Of a DNA stretch of 64,000 bases, positions 25,255 to 38,480 are shown in pieces. The DNA comes from Camelus ferus (lineage: Eukaryota), in NCBI RefSeq assembly GCF_009834535.1, contig NC_045696.1, forward strand, positions 76,820,001 to 76,884,000. Reading direction: 5' to 3'. The number at the start of each line of letters is the position of its first letter. Positions within the stretch are counted from its first letter, which is position 1. The position numbers and the translations under genes are program-made. The notes under the pieces are model-generated. The model saw only the letters and a list, made by a program, of their open reading frames with translations. It was not told the DNA's origin and did no database searches.

Positions 25255-26340
25255 TTAACATTCAACCATTATGAAAAAATATTTACTGAACATATACTAT
25301 ATGCTAAGCCCTGTTCTAGGAGCAGGAAAGGTACAAAATAGGCATTGTTTGTGACCTCTAGATCTTAGTCTGGACAGGGATCAGTTGCGTTATACTGGAG
25401 TGAGTACTATAATAGAGGGATTATACAGTGGAAACACAAAGGAGGAAGGCACAATAAAGGCTTCACAGAGGAGGTGTTTATCCCTGAGTCTTAAAATATG
25501 TGTGATATTTATAGGACATTTGAAGTTTTAAGGCTGATCAAGGAAAAAACGGTGACCTCAAGGTGGCAGTAGCACAGACAAGCTTATTCGGGCACTACTT
25601 GGTCGAGTTTGCGTGCGGTGGGAATTGCTCACAGAAGTCCATCCACAGGCTATAGCACCTGAGTGGTGGGGTAGTGGAGGTGGTGGGGGAGTTAGAAAGG
25701 GATGGGATGGGTGGGTGTAGAATGGAGTGGGATGGTGGCAACCATCCAGAAGGGGAGAAGGGCAAGGGAACTGGAAAGAATGGTATTGGAGAGAGGGCAT
25801 GTGTGTCCCGGTGATATTGCTCAGCTGCATGGCAGGGAGTCCCTGGGTCTGAGAGCTCCAAAGAGCAGCAGGGACTTGGGTCTTTATAAATACAAGGTTT
25901 ACCTTATCTGTGGCTAGCAGATGGTAGACACAGTTTTGCAGGGTGTGCAAAGCAGCAGGCTCTAAATGGCTAAAAGTCTGCTTTTTTGGGCAATATTTTA
26001 AAAATTTGAATGTGTAAAAATTTGAGTTTGGCACAGCAAGCTTTTGAGCTAATGGGTCTCAGCCTTGCTGTACAGAATAAATAACTTAGGGGCGACCATA
26101 CAGAGGCCATCACTGGACCACTTATATAACAATATTTCTATAGGCAGAGAGGGATATTTTATGCAGAGGAACTCCACATTCAAAGACCTTGAGGAGTGAG
26201 AATACAGGGCATGATTGAGACAATTTCAAGTACCTTAGTATGGTTGGTATATAACCCAAATGGAGCAGGTGGGGTTAGTATTGGGAATGTTGGAATAGTA
26301 ACCAGTGCTCAAAGGGAGAGGACCTTTTTAGCCATACTAA
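25255..26340 (-). mobile_element. L2 LINE 3' portion, split by an ERVL LTR
   Basis: 'cattcaacc...atatttactgaacatatactatatgctaagccctgttctagg...ggcttcacagaggaggtg' lies before 25510. It resumes as 'aggcagagagggatattttatgcagaggaac...caaagaccttgagg' after 26136. Confidence 0.75.
25510..26131 (-). mobile_element. Solo ERVL LTR (MER76-like), 622 bp, with 5-bp TSD
   Basis: ATATT is duplicated at 25505-25509 and 26132-26136. The right end is 'tatataaca'; the left TG has decayed to TA. Internal text 'ctctaaatggctaaaa...tgtgtaaaaatttgagtttggc...cttttgagctaatgggtctcagcct' recalls MER76. Confidence 0.75.
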
Positions 26341-28599
26341 CATTTTTTCAGCTAAGTTTGTTGAACCAACTTCCTGTTGGCCATGCAAAGGAGGTCTATA
26401 CAAACATGTGTATGGACTCCTCTTGTGCCAAATGGTGGCCATATTAAATGTGGTTTTGTTGTTTGGGAAATTACCTTGATGAAAAAGTAATCTCTAAGTA
26501 AATTATCAGGCAAAGTATCCCAGAAGTCACAGAACAACAGAAAAGCTCACAGACAACATTACGATGCTTGAACCGTGATTTATTGGCTTATTGAATAAAT
26601 TTAAAACTGAGAAGCAAGTGGAAAGATGGCATAAATTAACACACTTAGGATAAGGTGAAAATGGGCAGAAGGATCATCTTGTCTATACTCTGGAGTATAC
26701 AATGTTCATATATTTTTTTCTTTTTCTGTCCATCTTTCTCTAGCTCAACAGCTTTCCCTGTTGATGTTGTGGTTTTTAAGGCAAATTAATGTTAATCAAG
26801 TGGATGCTATCCCATAGAAAGTGCACTTGGCCAACATATAAGCTTGATGTATAAGAAAGATGTAGAGGCAAGTCCACCTGGCCCGTAGCTGTTGTTTGCT
26901 ATTTAAGCTTGTGAGCAAGTAGGGATTTTATCCGAGTTTCTGAGCGAAGACTTTGTGGAGCCAGAACAGAGATCATCAGTGGGAGGTGGATTTAGGAATT
27001 CAGGAATATCAAGTGCCTCGATGCTTTACGTCTGTTTAGCGTATCGTGGTTATTAGCTGTCTCTTGGCCACCTTCAGTGAACACTGCTCTACCTACTACA
27101 GCCGAACCTGCCTCACGTTACTTACTTATGAGCTTCATCACCCATCTGTTTTCTTCTTTTCTGCGGTAGAATTAAATGTCTTCGATAAGACCACAAATCC
27201 ACCTTACAGTTAAAGGGGGAAGAAGGTCTTTCAAGCAGAAGTGTAGCAGAGCACACCCAGTACCCTGACTCTGTTCTCTGATCTCTTGACTGAACGTGTT
27301 TGTACCTGTTCAACTTGCTTACTTCTTTTCCAGACTCTTTTCTCCTCCCCAGCCCTTCTGATCCCATAGAAGAGAAAGCTGAGGCTGGTCTGGATGGATC
27401 AAAGGCTGCATAGATAGGGCCCTGTTACAGAGGGCTCCTCCCCTAGAATGTTTCCCATAGGTATAGAGAAGGAAGGCGGGGAACAGCTCTGTGACTATGT
27501 GACAATGGAGCTTCCTGGTGGAGAAAATCCCTTTGGTGGAAAGAGGAGTCTCTGGAGCTCGGTTTCAGAGTTTAAACTTACTCTTTCATTGAACGACCCT
27601 GCTAAGCCTGCTTCCCACTGAGCTCCCAAGTCAAGTGAGAGAGCGCAGGGGGTGGGTACTGGGGGTGGATGCAAGCCTCCAGGGCTGCCTGGATCTCTCT
27701 CCTCAGTGAGTTGAGGGAGGATCAGTTAGTGGCACTCACTGTGTGTTAGAGAGAGGGTGTTCCCATTCTACTTTTTCGGGCAGTTCAGCTTCTCTTTCTT
27801 TATTTTGACCAGTTTCAAACAGGAACAGCAAATACTTGTTCCTACCATAAAGCAGGCTTGTTGAAATTTGCCTGAAGCATCCCTTATGCCCTGACTTCCT
27901 CTCTCATTCTTTTCACCATCTTCTTTTCTTGAGCTGTTCTTCCCTTACCCCAAAATGTTGGTCAGCAGTGACCGAGGGCACGTCGTCAGAGGCGGTAGGT
28001 ATTTGACCCAGCTTTCTTCCTTTCTTCCTTCGTTGTCTCCGTCCTCTCCCTGTCTCTACTATATTCACCCTAAAACACCCCAAGAGGCCATAGCCCTTGA
28101 AATACTAAATTCTTACGTTTGATGAGTATTCTGCAGGAGTAGAAAGGGAGCTTGCTAAATTACTGTATAGTAGTTCTGTCCTATTGCCACCAAATCAAAT
28201 TGTCTAATGTTTTCCCCAGCAGTACAATTATGAAAATCAATGAAAGTATTTTTGAGAAAGAAATAAGAATTCTCAATAATCATTCAGCAATGTCAGATTA
28301 TAAATTACAACCAGAATTCATTGAGACACTGAATTGACTCACCAAATTACACTTTAAGCATACATGTTAAAGTATATTTATCGAAAACCTTAGGTAGATT
28401 TGTTCCCATTTTTACCTGGTTTTGGCTATTCCTTTCATCCGTGTGGGTGGCAGCTCTTGCAACTCTCCACTAGCCTGTTCACAATCCCATGTCCTTTCTC
28501 ATCTTTGACAAAGAATCACGCCACATATAACAAAAGGTGATTTTTGGAAATTTACTGAAGATTTTTGGTTACAAGATCAGGGATGAAGTTCACAGTTCA

Positions 28600-29006
28600 C
28601 ATCATTTTATTCCTCTTCCCATATCTGCAGGTGGGCTAGGCTTTGACTCACTAAGGCTGAGACCGGCTGGGCAGGGCTCCAAACTGCTGATTAGGGCAAG
28701 GTCAGCTCCATGCATTTTTTTATTTGTTTTGCTCCAACAGCAAGACAAGGCAGGTTCTCCCTATGTTGATGACAGAGACACAGGAAGGGCAGGTAGAAAC
28801 ATGGGATGCCTCTTACAACCTAGTTTCAGAACAGGCACATGTCACTTCTGCCCACCTTCCACTGGACAAAGCAAATTACTTGGCCAAACTAACATCAGTG
28901 GGCCAGGAAATATACTGTCTCTACTGGAGAAACTGCAGTCATTCAGTGAAAGGTGAGAATGGAAGGAGAAGTAAAAATTTTTGAAAAAACAATGCAATCT
29001 ACCACA
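28600..29006 (-). mobile_element. MaLR LTR (MLT1G/H-like)
   Basis: 'tcagaacaggcacatgtcacttctgccca...ggacaaagcaaattacttggccaaact', ending 'aatgcaatctaccaca'. Confidence 0.75.
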
Positions 29007-29934
29007 GGTTAGACTTTAGTCTAAAAAGGGCTTTAATCAGCACTTTATCCAAATTTTTCGTCTGCTCTGTATCGGATACCCTACTGATACCTACTTTGCA
29101 TTGCTAAGTCTTGGTTTACCATTTCAAATTCAAGTTGTAACAATTAGATGTTATCTAGAAACTGGTGGATGTGAGTTTTTAGACTCACCCCTGGTCATCC
29201 AGAGCTTCATTTGTTTTGTGTTGTTTAAGTAGTCCCCACTTGTTGGCTCTGAATTGCCACCTGCCTTGCATTTCCTTCATATTAGAAATGTGTATCTTTT
29301 TTTTAAAACTAAAACTTCTTGTCCGTCCATTCTTTTTTTCATCTGCTAAGGGAAAGCACTACTGGCATGAATCCATGAAACAGCCAATCAGGCCGAATAG
29401 AGATTCTGGTTTATTTCCTTGTTTGACTTGTCGCCTGAAAGAATAAGGAGGAATTCAGAACACTGCCTATTAATATCAAATAAAATTTTGTTTATAAAAC
29501 CAATAAACTGAGACCCCCACATACTGTGAGATGTCTTTTATTCATTTATGTTTGACATAGCATTTAAAAAATGCATACACACACACATATAGATATATTC
29601 ACACACATCTTATTGTACAATATGGGTAATTGACAGGAGTCCACTGTGTTGAGTTGTGTGTAGACTAAGTTTTTCTGCATTTTAAGAATTAGATTGAGAA
29701 AGCAAACATTTCTTAGTAGAAGTGTCATCTGCTTTCTCTTTATCTCCATTCATAAAAATGCCTAACATTCAAGGCAATCAGGTCCAGTAATCTAGAAATA
29801 ATGCAGTAATCCCCATGCTGAATGTATCACACTCATCTTAGTTGTTCAAAGGCCTCCATGTATTCAGGTCTAGAGTCTACTCTTAAGAATGTGAGAGGCT
29901 CCAGGTCTTGAAAATTTGACCCCAAGTGAAAATG

Positions 29935-30530
29935 GCTTATTCATTCACTACTTTTTATTCACCAAATACTTCTTGAGCATCTCCTATTTTTCCAAAAGTA
30001 GATATGCCCTGGGTGTTACAAAATTGAATAAAGTGTCTTAAGGATCTTACATTCAAGTGGAGAAGTTGCCTAGAAAATGTAAGTAATTATAATGATATGA
30101 TATGCTCTGTTCCGTAGGTATAAATCAAGTATTCTGAAGCAAAACAGAAGAGTTGTTTTTGGAAGAGTTGCAGAAGTCTTCCCTGCCTCATTTTCCAGCA
30201 CACATACATGGCCTCTCAGAAGAGGAAGAGATTCCCTGTAACTGTGATTCAGTGAGGAGAGGCATCTGGAGGCTGGTCCTGGGGAAACTTTTCAGGTGAG
30301 TTTTGAGGAGTGGCTTCTACCTGCTAAGAATATATGGAGTATGAAAGGTAAGGCAGTTTATTCATTCAACAAACATTTGCTGTGTGACTGTTGTGAGCTA
30401 GGCATCATTCCCATTCTTAAGATACATTGGTGAAAACAATAAATCTCTGCCTCCACAGAACTTGTGGAGGAGACAGACAGTGAGCAGTGAACACAGTAAG
30501 TAAATGAGAAAGTACGTCGGAAGGTATTCC
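29935..30530 (-). mobile_element. Two L2 3'-end fragments
   Basis: Two L2 tails: 'ttattcaccaaatacttcttgagcatctccta' (~29955) and 'ttattcattcaacaaacatttgctgtg...ggagacagacagtgagcag' (~30358). Confidence 0.7.
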
Positions 30531-31026
30531 TCAAGGAGTTACTCCTTCTACACCTCTTGGCGATTAGATAATTTCTTAAGAGTTTTTGCATAATAATTGG
30601 AATGTATTTCAATTGTCTTGTTCTGTTAAACTGCACTTTCTTTGAATCAATGGGACATAGAAGAGGGACATTGTGGTGCTTTGGTTATACTTGGGTTACG
30701 CATTTTATGATGGTTACTTGCGTGCTTGTGTTTTCCGCCTAACTCTATTACGAGCTCTTTGATGGAAGAAACTATTTTGGTTTTGTATTTCTGGAAACCT
30801 TTACAATAGATGCTAAGTAAAAGCTTGGTGATACCTACAATGAGTCTTGTAGGATGAGTGGGCACCCAGGTGCAGTAAGGGCAGGTGAACTAGGATGTGA
30901 AAGGGTAGGAAGAAAAGAACTTATGGAGAACTCGAGGGACAGCAAGAACCTGAGTGAAAGTTGAACTCTAACTCGAAAACTTGATGTTCCTGTGATGTAA
31001 AAAGAAAAGCAAGTGAAGTAACCTTT

Positions 31027-31147
31027 ACAGTTTTTATCTTTAATTTATTTACTTATTCATTTCTTTGTGAAGATACTGGGGGGTAGAACCCAGGACCTCG
31101 TGCATGCTTAGCATGCACTCCACCACTGAGCTATACCCCCACCCCCA
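31027..31147 (-). mobile_element. Camelid tRNA-Ala-derived SINE (Vic-1 type) with ~13-bp TSD
   Basis: The minus strand reads GGGGGTATAGCTCAGTGGTGGAGTGCATGCTAAGCATGCACGAGGTCCTGGGTTCTACCCC... plus an A-rich tail. A box TAGCTCAGTGG; B box GGTTCTACCCC. TSD TGAAGTAAC(C/T)TTT at 31014-31026 and 31148-31160, next to a TTTT/AA L1 endonuclease site. Confidence 0.9.
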
Positions 31148-33410
31148 TGAAGTAACTTTTTTAAACAGGAGAAATTAAGAATGAAATAGGAAGCTAGCCA
31201 CTTAATGCCATAGTGACATTATGACATGACTCATAGTTCATTCTTCTTTCCATGAAGAGCCAGCCTCATCAGTTTATCACTGGACAGAATTAATCATGTT
31301 CAATTTGCGTGCAAGGTTTGGAGTTTACTTAGAAGTTGTATCTTACAGGATACATTTTACAAGAAGGAATCTGTGCCCTTGAAGTCCTTGAAACAAAATC
31401 TTAGACATTACGTGCAATTAATGTCACTTGTGCTTGGGTTTGATAAGGTCCATCCGTGGAGGGAGCTACTCTTAGTGTCATGGTGGTCTCCTGAGGTTGT
31501 AATCAAATAAATTCTTTTCATTTCTGGCTCTTCAATTGTTTAGCTTTGCAAGGGATTTAGCATCAAGAATGTTTAACTCATTTCAGGGGAGGTAGGGAAC
31601 AATTCTTGTTTTTCTTGAGCACTCTGGGATCCTGAGAATGGAGATGCTGTAGAAAGGGAACAGGACATTATTATTATAATGAGTGAGGGTGTGGAGGGAT
31701 ACAAGTGGGATTGCGTATCGTTATGATGAAAAGATAATCAGGGAAACATCTGTAGCCTGGGCAATTCATCCTGTGATAATTACGCGGAGGCTGGCTGGAA
31801 GGCAACACGGTGTATTATGTGGCGTCCTGGAGGATCACTAAATGGCAACTGCAGCACTTCTATGTGAGAAGGAGGAGGAAGTGAGATAACTTGTTATGCA
31901 AGACAAATAGTGAGAGGAGCCTAAGCAAATGGCATAACAAAAACATTGCTCTTCTCTTGAATGAAGTATTAAAAATGCATAAGGCTGGGAGTGCATATTT
32001 TCTTTCATTGCAGCTTCAGTTTGAATACATTTGGGACTCCCTCCTCCCCCCAGCACCTGCTCCCTCCTGCCTTTCCCACTGCCCTCCCCACTGGGGGAAA
32101 AAAAAAGACCCAAACAAAAAATGGAGCACATTGATGGGAAAAAAATTCCAACAATCAGATAGGAAAAAATGAAGGAATTACAGAGTGAAGTCATCTATAA
32201 ACATGTAGATGATCACAAATGGTAATTTGGGAGCAGCAGGAATGATTGAGTTTGTGGGTGGAATAAAAGAGAATGTAGAATTCATCAGGAGAGTCCACAG
32301 AGCTTGTTTCCATGTGAATGTTTTCTTGGTGAAATAGTTTGGGAGATAAATCAGAGATGACCCAGATAGTCCCAAGATTTTCTGCCTCTGACAAGTAGGG
32401 GTGGAGGAGGTTGAGGGATCAGGTTCATTTTCCTTAAGTGCCAACTAAATACCACCTGAACGCATATCTGCATAATCACAGGAGGTCTGGTTATGCCTTG
32501 AAAATTACTGAAAATCTTGGGGAGCCCTGACATGGTCCATGAATCTATCTTGGATGTTGTTGATTCTCTCTTTAGGTGCCTGCTCTGAGCTTCTCCACTG
32601 ATGACTTTTAGCTCATTCTCTATTGCTAGGGCCATCCTCCACCTTCTTTTAATACTTTACTGAAGACATGAGGACAACATAAGTGCCACAATTGTAGGTG
32701 TCACTTTTCTTAACCCCTTAGCTTGTCTCCTTTACAGGAGGCCCCTCTGTTGGCAGTCAGACTTCTCAGACAGGAGCCTAACACCATCCTGTCTCTGTAC
32801 TTTCTGTGTTCCCACCTCTCGGCATCAATACTGGTTTCTCCTCTCCAGCCCATCCAGGGTGAGCTGAACTTAGTTAATATCTTACTCTCTCTTGAGCAAT
32901 GTACTTTGCCTTCAGTAAAGACAAATATTTTCTTATTAAGCAGAATATTTAACATCTCATTATGAATCTCCAATACTTGGAATAAATCTACTAGCTCAAG
33001 CACTCCCCCCTCTCCCCGTTATAGGTAGGTTGTTGCCTTCTTTGGTTGACCAGAAAGGCTCATCAATGTTCTTAAGCTTTCTAGAACAATATATATTTCA
33101 GTATCTACAAGGCAAAACCATCTCTTCCCTCACCATGACATATCCAGCTCCAACAGTGCTGAGATCCAGCGACTACTTCCTAAGATTGGAAGGCATGATT
33201 GCATTTTAAAGCCAGCTTATTCAAGTCATGATTTTCATAGTTGTCCAGGGCTGTGGTTGTGTGGTGAAGGTTACTAGGACTGAAAATACTGCCACACAGG
33301 CAATTCCTGTTTCCATCAAGTTCCACTGAAACAGACTCAAAAGCCATGAAACTCAAGGCACCCATTTTTGGAGTTGCCTCGTGACTGTGAACACCTCGCT
33401 GATCGTTCCT

Positions 33411-33485
33411 TGTGTGACTGTGCTGTGACGGCTGTGTGACTGCGCTGTGACGGCTGTGTGACTGCGCTGTGACGGCTGTGTGACT
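33411..33485. repeat. 22-bp minisatellite, 3.4 copies
   Basis: TGTGTGACTG(C/T)GCTGTGACGGC at 33411, 33433 and 33455, plus a partial copy at 33477. Confidence 0.95.
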
Positions 33486-34654
33486 ATGAACAGATCTTTG
33501 AATGTTAGGTTTCCTCAAAGCTTCTCTAACATCTACACTTTATGAACTGTGTTGTTATACAGTATTTCATTTGTCCCATTCATTTGGCAATTTCTGCACA
33601 GATGCAGGATGCGGATTATAAGCAATGAGGTTCTTCGGTTCTGCTGTCTTAAGAAATTTTATAGTGAGAGAAACTTATGTAACTTGTAAAAACTTCAAAA
33701 GTGGATAAACAGGTCATTAATTTCTGGCTTTCCAGTGAAGTTAAAAAGAAGTATTCTGATGGTATCAGTAAAATGCTATGTGAGGTATTATAATTATAAA
33801 TGTACCTTTAGATACCTGTGGTCATTTTGGGTATTGTAGAGAGAATTTTGATTATTGTCCAAAAGATATATTGGGTTACCTCATTATAATATTTAACATA
33901 TTACTGCATGAATATTTGTTTAACATTTGTTTCAAAATGAACCATGTCATAAAGAAGATATTCCTTGCTCAATAGATGTAAATTTGCACAGGAGAATTGG
34001 TTTTCCTAAGTAAAATAGGTAAATAGAGAATAGATATATGTGAAATATATGAACTGGTTTAGTTTTATCTGCTAAGATGGACAAAAATAATAGTAATAAG
34101 AACAACAATTCTGTTTCTGAACATGTAGTGGGTACCTTGCAGAGCAATTAACTTCTCATTTCTTACTTAATCTTCTTTCGCGTTTACTTACTTAAAAATT
34201 ACTTAATGAATTTTGGAGATATGGGAGGGGACTTTGGTAACCTCCTACTTCACCCAGGAACACTGCCTCCCCTTCCCTGTTAGCCTGTTCATGCTTTCAG
34301 TTGCTGTGGTTAACACATAGTAACAATTCAATGACTGTTTAGCACTTAGGGGATAAGTAAGTAATTGGAGGAATGACTTCTGACTATTTCAATGTGAATG
34401 GAGGGGCAGTGTTGTTGAGACAAATTTTATTTTAAATTTATATTTGAATTAATCTTTGGGCCTCCTAGCAAGCAACACTAAGAGAGATGGATAGTGGGGT
34501 GGTGAAATTCTGTCAGTGCCTCTTGTTTGTTGAGCAGTTAGTGTATGCTAAGCTGTGTATTCATGGATTTAAATACTAGCATAATATTAGGATTAGATAT
34601 TGATCACTCAGTACGTACTGACATAGAATTTTCTAAGTGCATGAAATGTAATGT

Positions 34655-34808
34655 AGACAGGTAAAATACAGGATACCCTGTTTAATTTGAATTTCAGATG
34701 AAAAAACGAACAATTTTTAACATAAATATGGAACTAAAATGATTTTTTTCTGGGATTCAAATTAAATTGAATATCTTGTACTTTTATTTTCTAAATTTGG
34801 CAACTGTA
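34655..34808. mobile_element. MER53 hAT MITE (palindromic, centre deleted)
   Basis: Arms 'taaaatacaggataccctgtttaatttgaatttcagat' and 'attcaaattaaattgaatatcttgtacttttattttctaaatttggcaac' are imperfect inverted repeats matching MER53. Confidence 0.8.
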
Positions 34809-34822
34809 GTTATGTGCATTGT

Positions 34823-35179
34823 TGTCTTAGTCTATTCAGGCTGCTGTAACAGAATATCACAGACACAGCCTGGGTGGCTTATAAATAAAATAAATTCATT
34901 TCTCATAGTTCTGGAGACTGGGAAATTCAAGATCAAGTTTCTGGCAGATTCAGTGTCTGGTGAGGGCCTGCTTCCTGGTTCGCTCTGTGTCCTCAACATG
35001 GTGGAAGGGGTAAGGGAGCTCTCTGATGTCTCCTTTATAAGGGCTTAAATCCCATTCATGAGGGCTCCACTCTCGTGACCTAATTACTTCCTGAGTCCCC
35101 ACCTCTTAATACAATCACATTGGGGGTTAGGTTTTCAACATGGGAATTTTGGAGGAACACAAACTTTCAATCCATAGAA
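34823..35179 (-). mobile_element. MaLR LTR (MLT1A/MLT1A0), full length
   Basis: 'tgtcttagtctattcaggctgctgtaaca...tctcatagttctggagactggg...gtgtctggtgagggcc...catgagggctccac...tcaatccatagaa'; near-TSD ATTGT/ATTAT. Confidence 0.88.
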
Positions 35180-35189
35180 ATTATCTTAA

Positions 35190-35500
35190 TAATGGACAGT
35201 CCTAAGAGGCACATTGAATAAATGGCGACATTGAGGCGTGAAAGGTAGTGTAACTTGCCCAAGGTCACGCAGCTAGTTAAATGTGAACCAGAATTGAAAT
35301 CCAGTTAGACTGGCTTCAGGGAAATGCCTTTAATTACAGTGCTGCCTCCCATACCTACCGCAATGAAGTGGGTATAATTATCCTCATTTTATGCATCAGA
35401 TGTTGGAGTTAGTGATGTCTGGGAAGTGGCGCCATGTTCTAAAGCCTGTAAGGGGGGCAACCCAGGGATGCCTGTCTCCAGAGCTAATGCTTTTAATCTC
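35190..35500 (-). mobile_element. Two MIR fragments
   Basis: 'gtaacttgcccaaggtcacgcagctagttaa' and 'gtgggtataattatcctcattttatgcat'. Confidence 0.7.
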
Positions 35501-37569
35501 TAGCTTCAAGGATAAAATTATGTTAACTGGAATTTTGAAGGTGAGGGACCAGTGAGGTTTTTGAGTTGTTAGTGTTTTCTTCCAGGGTCATATGAGACAC
35601 AGGACTGAAAAAAAAGCTAGGGAAGGTCTAATGCCATTTAATGTCAACAAATTATATATAGTGTCACCAAGATTCCTTTTAGAGTAAGATTTATTTCACT
35701 ATTTCTAATAGCTTAGGAGTTGGCATTAGAATATTTCTATAGCTAGAGGGTCTGGACTGCAAAGGAGCTGATTAATCTTTCAGCATCTCAACTTATGCTC
35801 ATGTCAGCTCACAGACGTTATGAAACATTCACAGTGTACAGACTTTCAACATGATTGCAGTGAAAGGGTTTCCAAAATACTTCCCTTTCTCCTTCATTTG
35901 GTCCTTAGAATTAGCAACAACATGTTTCACTCCTAGAGAAGGATACGCAGACAGTCCTTTACGTTTACTCATTCTCATTATATCTAGCCTGATTATATTC
36001 CAACATGGTAACTTGACACATTTAAGACACCTTGCAAATATGCACTTGTCAGTAAAGAGAATTTCTGAAATAAGCACATCAGACCATTTTAACTTTTCAA
36101 AATGTGTTCATTTGAATCAAACAAAATGAATCAAATGGATACATTTCCAATGGCAGGCATAGAAATTGTGCTCTCAGAATTAAATTTGCCTCATCTCCCT
36201 GTTATTTGAGACAATTGACCATTTGTGTGAAAATCAAGTAATTATATGCTCCAGTGCTTTTTGAAAGAAAGGATGCAGAGAGAGAAAAACCCGGGTGTGG
36301 GCCACCTGTAGCTAACAACACAACTTGACTTTGATCATCTGAAATGAACTGAAAATATTGTTACCATCACACACCTCGTGGGTGACTGGGTGACCTTTGA
36401 ATCTACTTTAAGTTCTGTATTGTAAGCTTGAGATTATTCACTTCTAGTGAATGGAAAATGCCTGTTTAAGTACTTTTGAAGAGTCACCACATAAGACCTT
36501 TCTTAGGAGGCTATCGATGGTCTTTAGTTATACACAGTGTAAATGGGTGTTCACTGTTAGCTGTTATGTGGCTTATTTGACAAAATAACTGTAATCTTTT
36601 ACATTTTTTCACCTGTTACAGACAAATAAGATGTTTACATGTGTTGACTCATTTTATTCTCATAAATGAGATAAACTGAACAGGTAGCATTATATTTGCT
36701 TATAGTTGCTGATGCTGGAGCACAGTTTCCAAGGTCACACAGAGTATGTTGGAACTAGGGCTGAAGTTCAGCTTTTTTGTCCCTTTTCTACTCTGTAATG
36801 TTATTGCTGTATGATTTTGCCATGTATAATTTGTTATAGGATTAACCCAATTCATTCTTGGGGCCTTCAGAGATAGTTGTGGAATATGATAGTTTTCTGA
36901 AAATTCCTACTTGCTTCTTGGTAGGACTGGCCTGAAGCCAAACATGAGGTGGATGATGCGTTATCATACACATTGCTTTGTTTTCTTTGCCCTTTGTGTT
37001 TCCTTTCTTCTTTCATAGTGTCAGGTACACTCATTCTGCCCCTTCTTTTGTATTCAAAGACCCTAACTGCCAAATTCATCCAAAGCTATTTTTCTAAGTG
37101 AATGCTCATATTCCAAAATAATTTTCCTCTGAAGAAAACTCAGAGCTTTCCCATGCAAGTGACCTAAGCAGAAACAAACCAACCAATGAATTCTCAGCTA
37201 TCCACAAATGACTGAATACTTTCTCTCTCTGTGGTATATGCATTTGTAAAGAGGATGCTTGGAAGGTAAGTTATAGTAAGAAAAAATTCAACTTTTTGTC
37301 TTTTGTTTTTACTACAGTTTGTTCTGGGGTAAAATTTTCTTTAGTCTGCTTAGATATATGGTTTCCTGTGTTTGAGGGTTCATGTTTTTCAATAATTTTA
37401 GGAAATTCTGAGTTATTATCTCTTTGAATATTACCCTTCCTAATTTTTTTCTATTCCCTTCTAGAACTCCTATTAGACATTTATTGGATCAACTCAAAAT
37501 ATTAGCACATATTTTGTACATAGTAAGTACTAGATGGTAACAATGATAATGCTGATGATTAATTTAGAA

Positions 37570-37760
37570 AAGGTTAGATTCTATAGATGAAAGATCAAGA
37601 AGTCTGGAGTTACATTGACCTGGGTTTAAATATAATAGCTATGTGATGTTGACTACTCTACTTAACCTCTTTTAACTGCAGTTTCCTTATTTGTAAAACA
37701 ACACTTAACTCCTGGAGTTTTAAATGACTCGATATGTAGTAGGTTCTCAGTGAACATTCA
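37570..37760 (+). mobile_element. MIR SINE
   Basis: 'gacctgggtttaaat...agctatgtgatgttg...acttaacctc...cagtttccttatttgtaaaa...gtagtaggttctcagtgaa'. Confidence 0.7.
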
Positions 37761-37829
37761 TTTTCATTTCTTTACTAAAATTGTTCTTAAAACATCAAAT
37801 CACACTGATTCTTAGGAGGAAGAAATAAC

Positions 37830-38480
37830 TGTGATTCGATCTTAAGGCTGTATGGAAGGGATGAGTGTGGCTGTTTAAGAATATGCAGGATTCAGTTTGG
37901 GGGAATTAAAGCATGGGCTATGGTAGAAACAAAGGCATTGAGTATGAAATGTAACAAATGAACACAACCATTTGACTGAAGGGAGGAGGTTATTTAGATG
38001 CACAGTATGAGCTGTGATTAGAAAAGCAGCATAGGGACAAATTAAGGCTCACTAGCCTGTTTGGCTTAGAGGATGGGCTTTATACTTAAGTGCATTAAAG
38101 ATTTTTGAGGAAGGAGCCACTTCATAATGTTCAAGAAAATCAACCATTTGCAGTTAATGGAATGTGTTGGGGAACAGAAGTAGAAGGCAGCTATTGGCAC
38201 AGTCTAGGAATAAGGTACAAAGGATTTGGACTAGTATATTGGCAATGGTAGATTAAAAAGGGGGACGTTATGGCAAAATGTGTTGCAGAGGTGGAAGAGA
38301 TACAATCTGGTGATTGAACAGGAGAGTGAGGGAAAAGGAAAAATTAAAAGAAAACCCAAGGTTTTGAGCCAAGATGTAAATTCAGGCAGGATGGAAATTT
38401 TGGGCTTCAGACGGGGTAACAAATTTAATTTTAAATATGTGAACTGTGTGATGGCAGGACAGCTGGGTGGGTCTAAGTAG
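37830..38480 (-). mobile_element. L2 LINE fragment
   Basis: Degenerate L2 internal text, e.g. 'aaagatttttgaggaagg', 'gcagctattggcacagtctagg', 'cccaaggttttgagc', 'tttaaatatgtgaactg'. Confidence 0.55.

Noticed and set aside
31070..31147. Functional tRNA-Ala gene
   Set aside because: It has an A-rich tail and TSD, an altered anticodon loop and a degenerate B box; it is a SINE.
33411..33485. CRISPR-like array
   Set aside because: The units are directly adjacent with no unique spacers, and the context is eukaryotic. The 25-bp pair at 43448 has only two copies.
34655..34808. miR-1302-like hairpin from MER53
   Set aside because: MER53 is the source of the miR-1302 family, but the central 'ttgggacatacttat' segment carrying the mature sequence is deleted here and the arms are degenerate.
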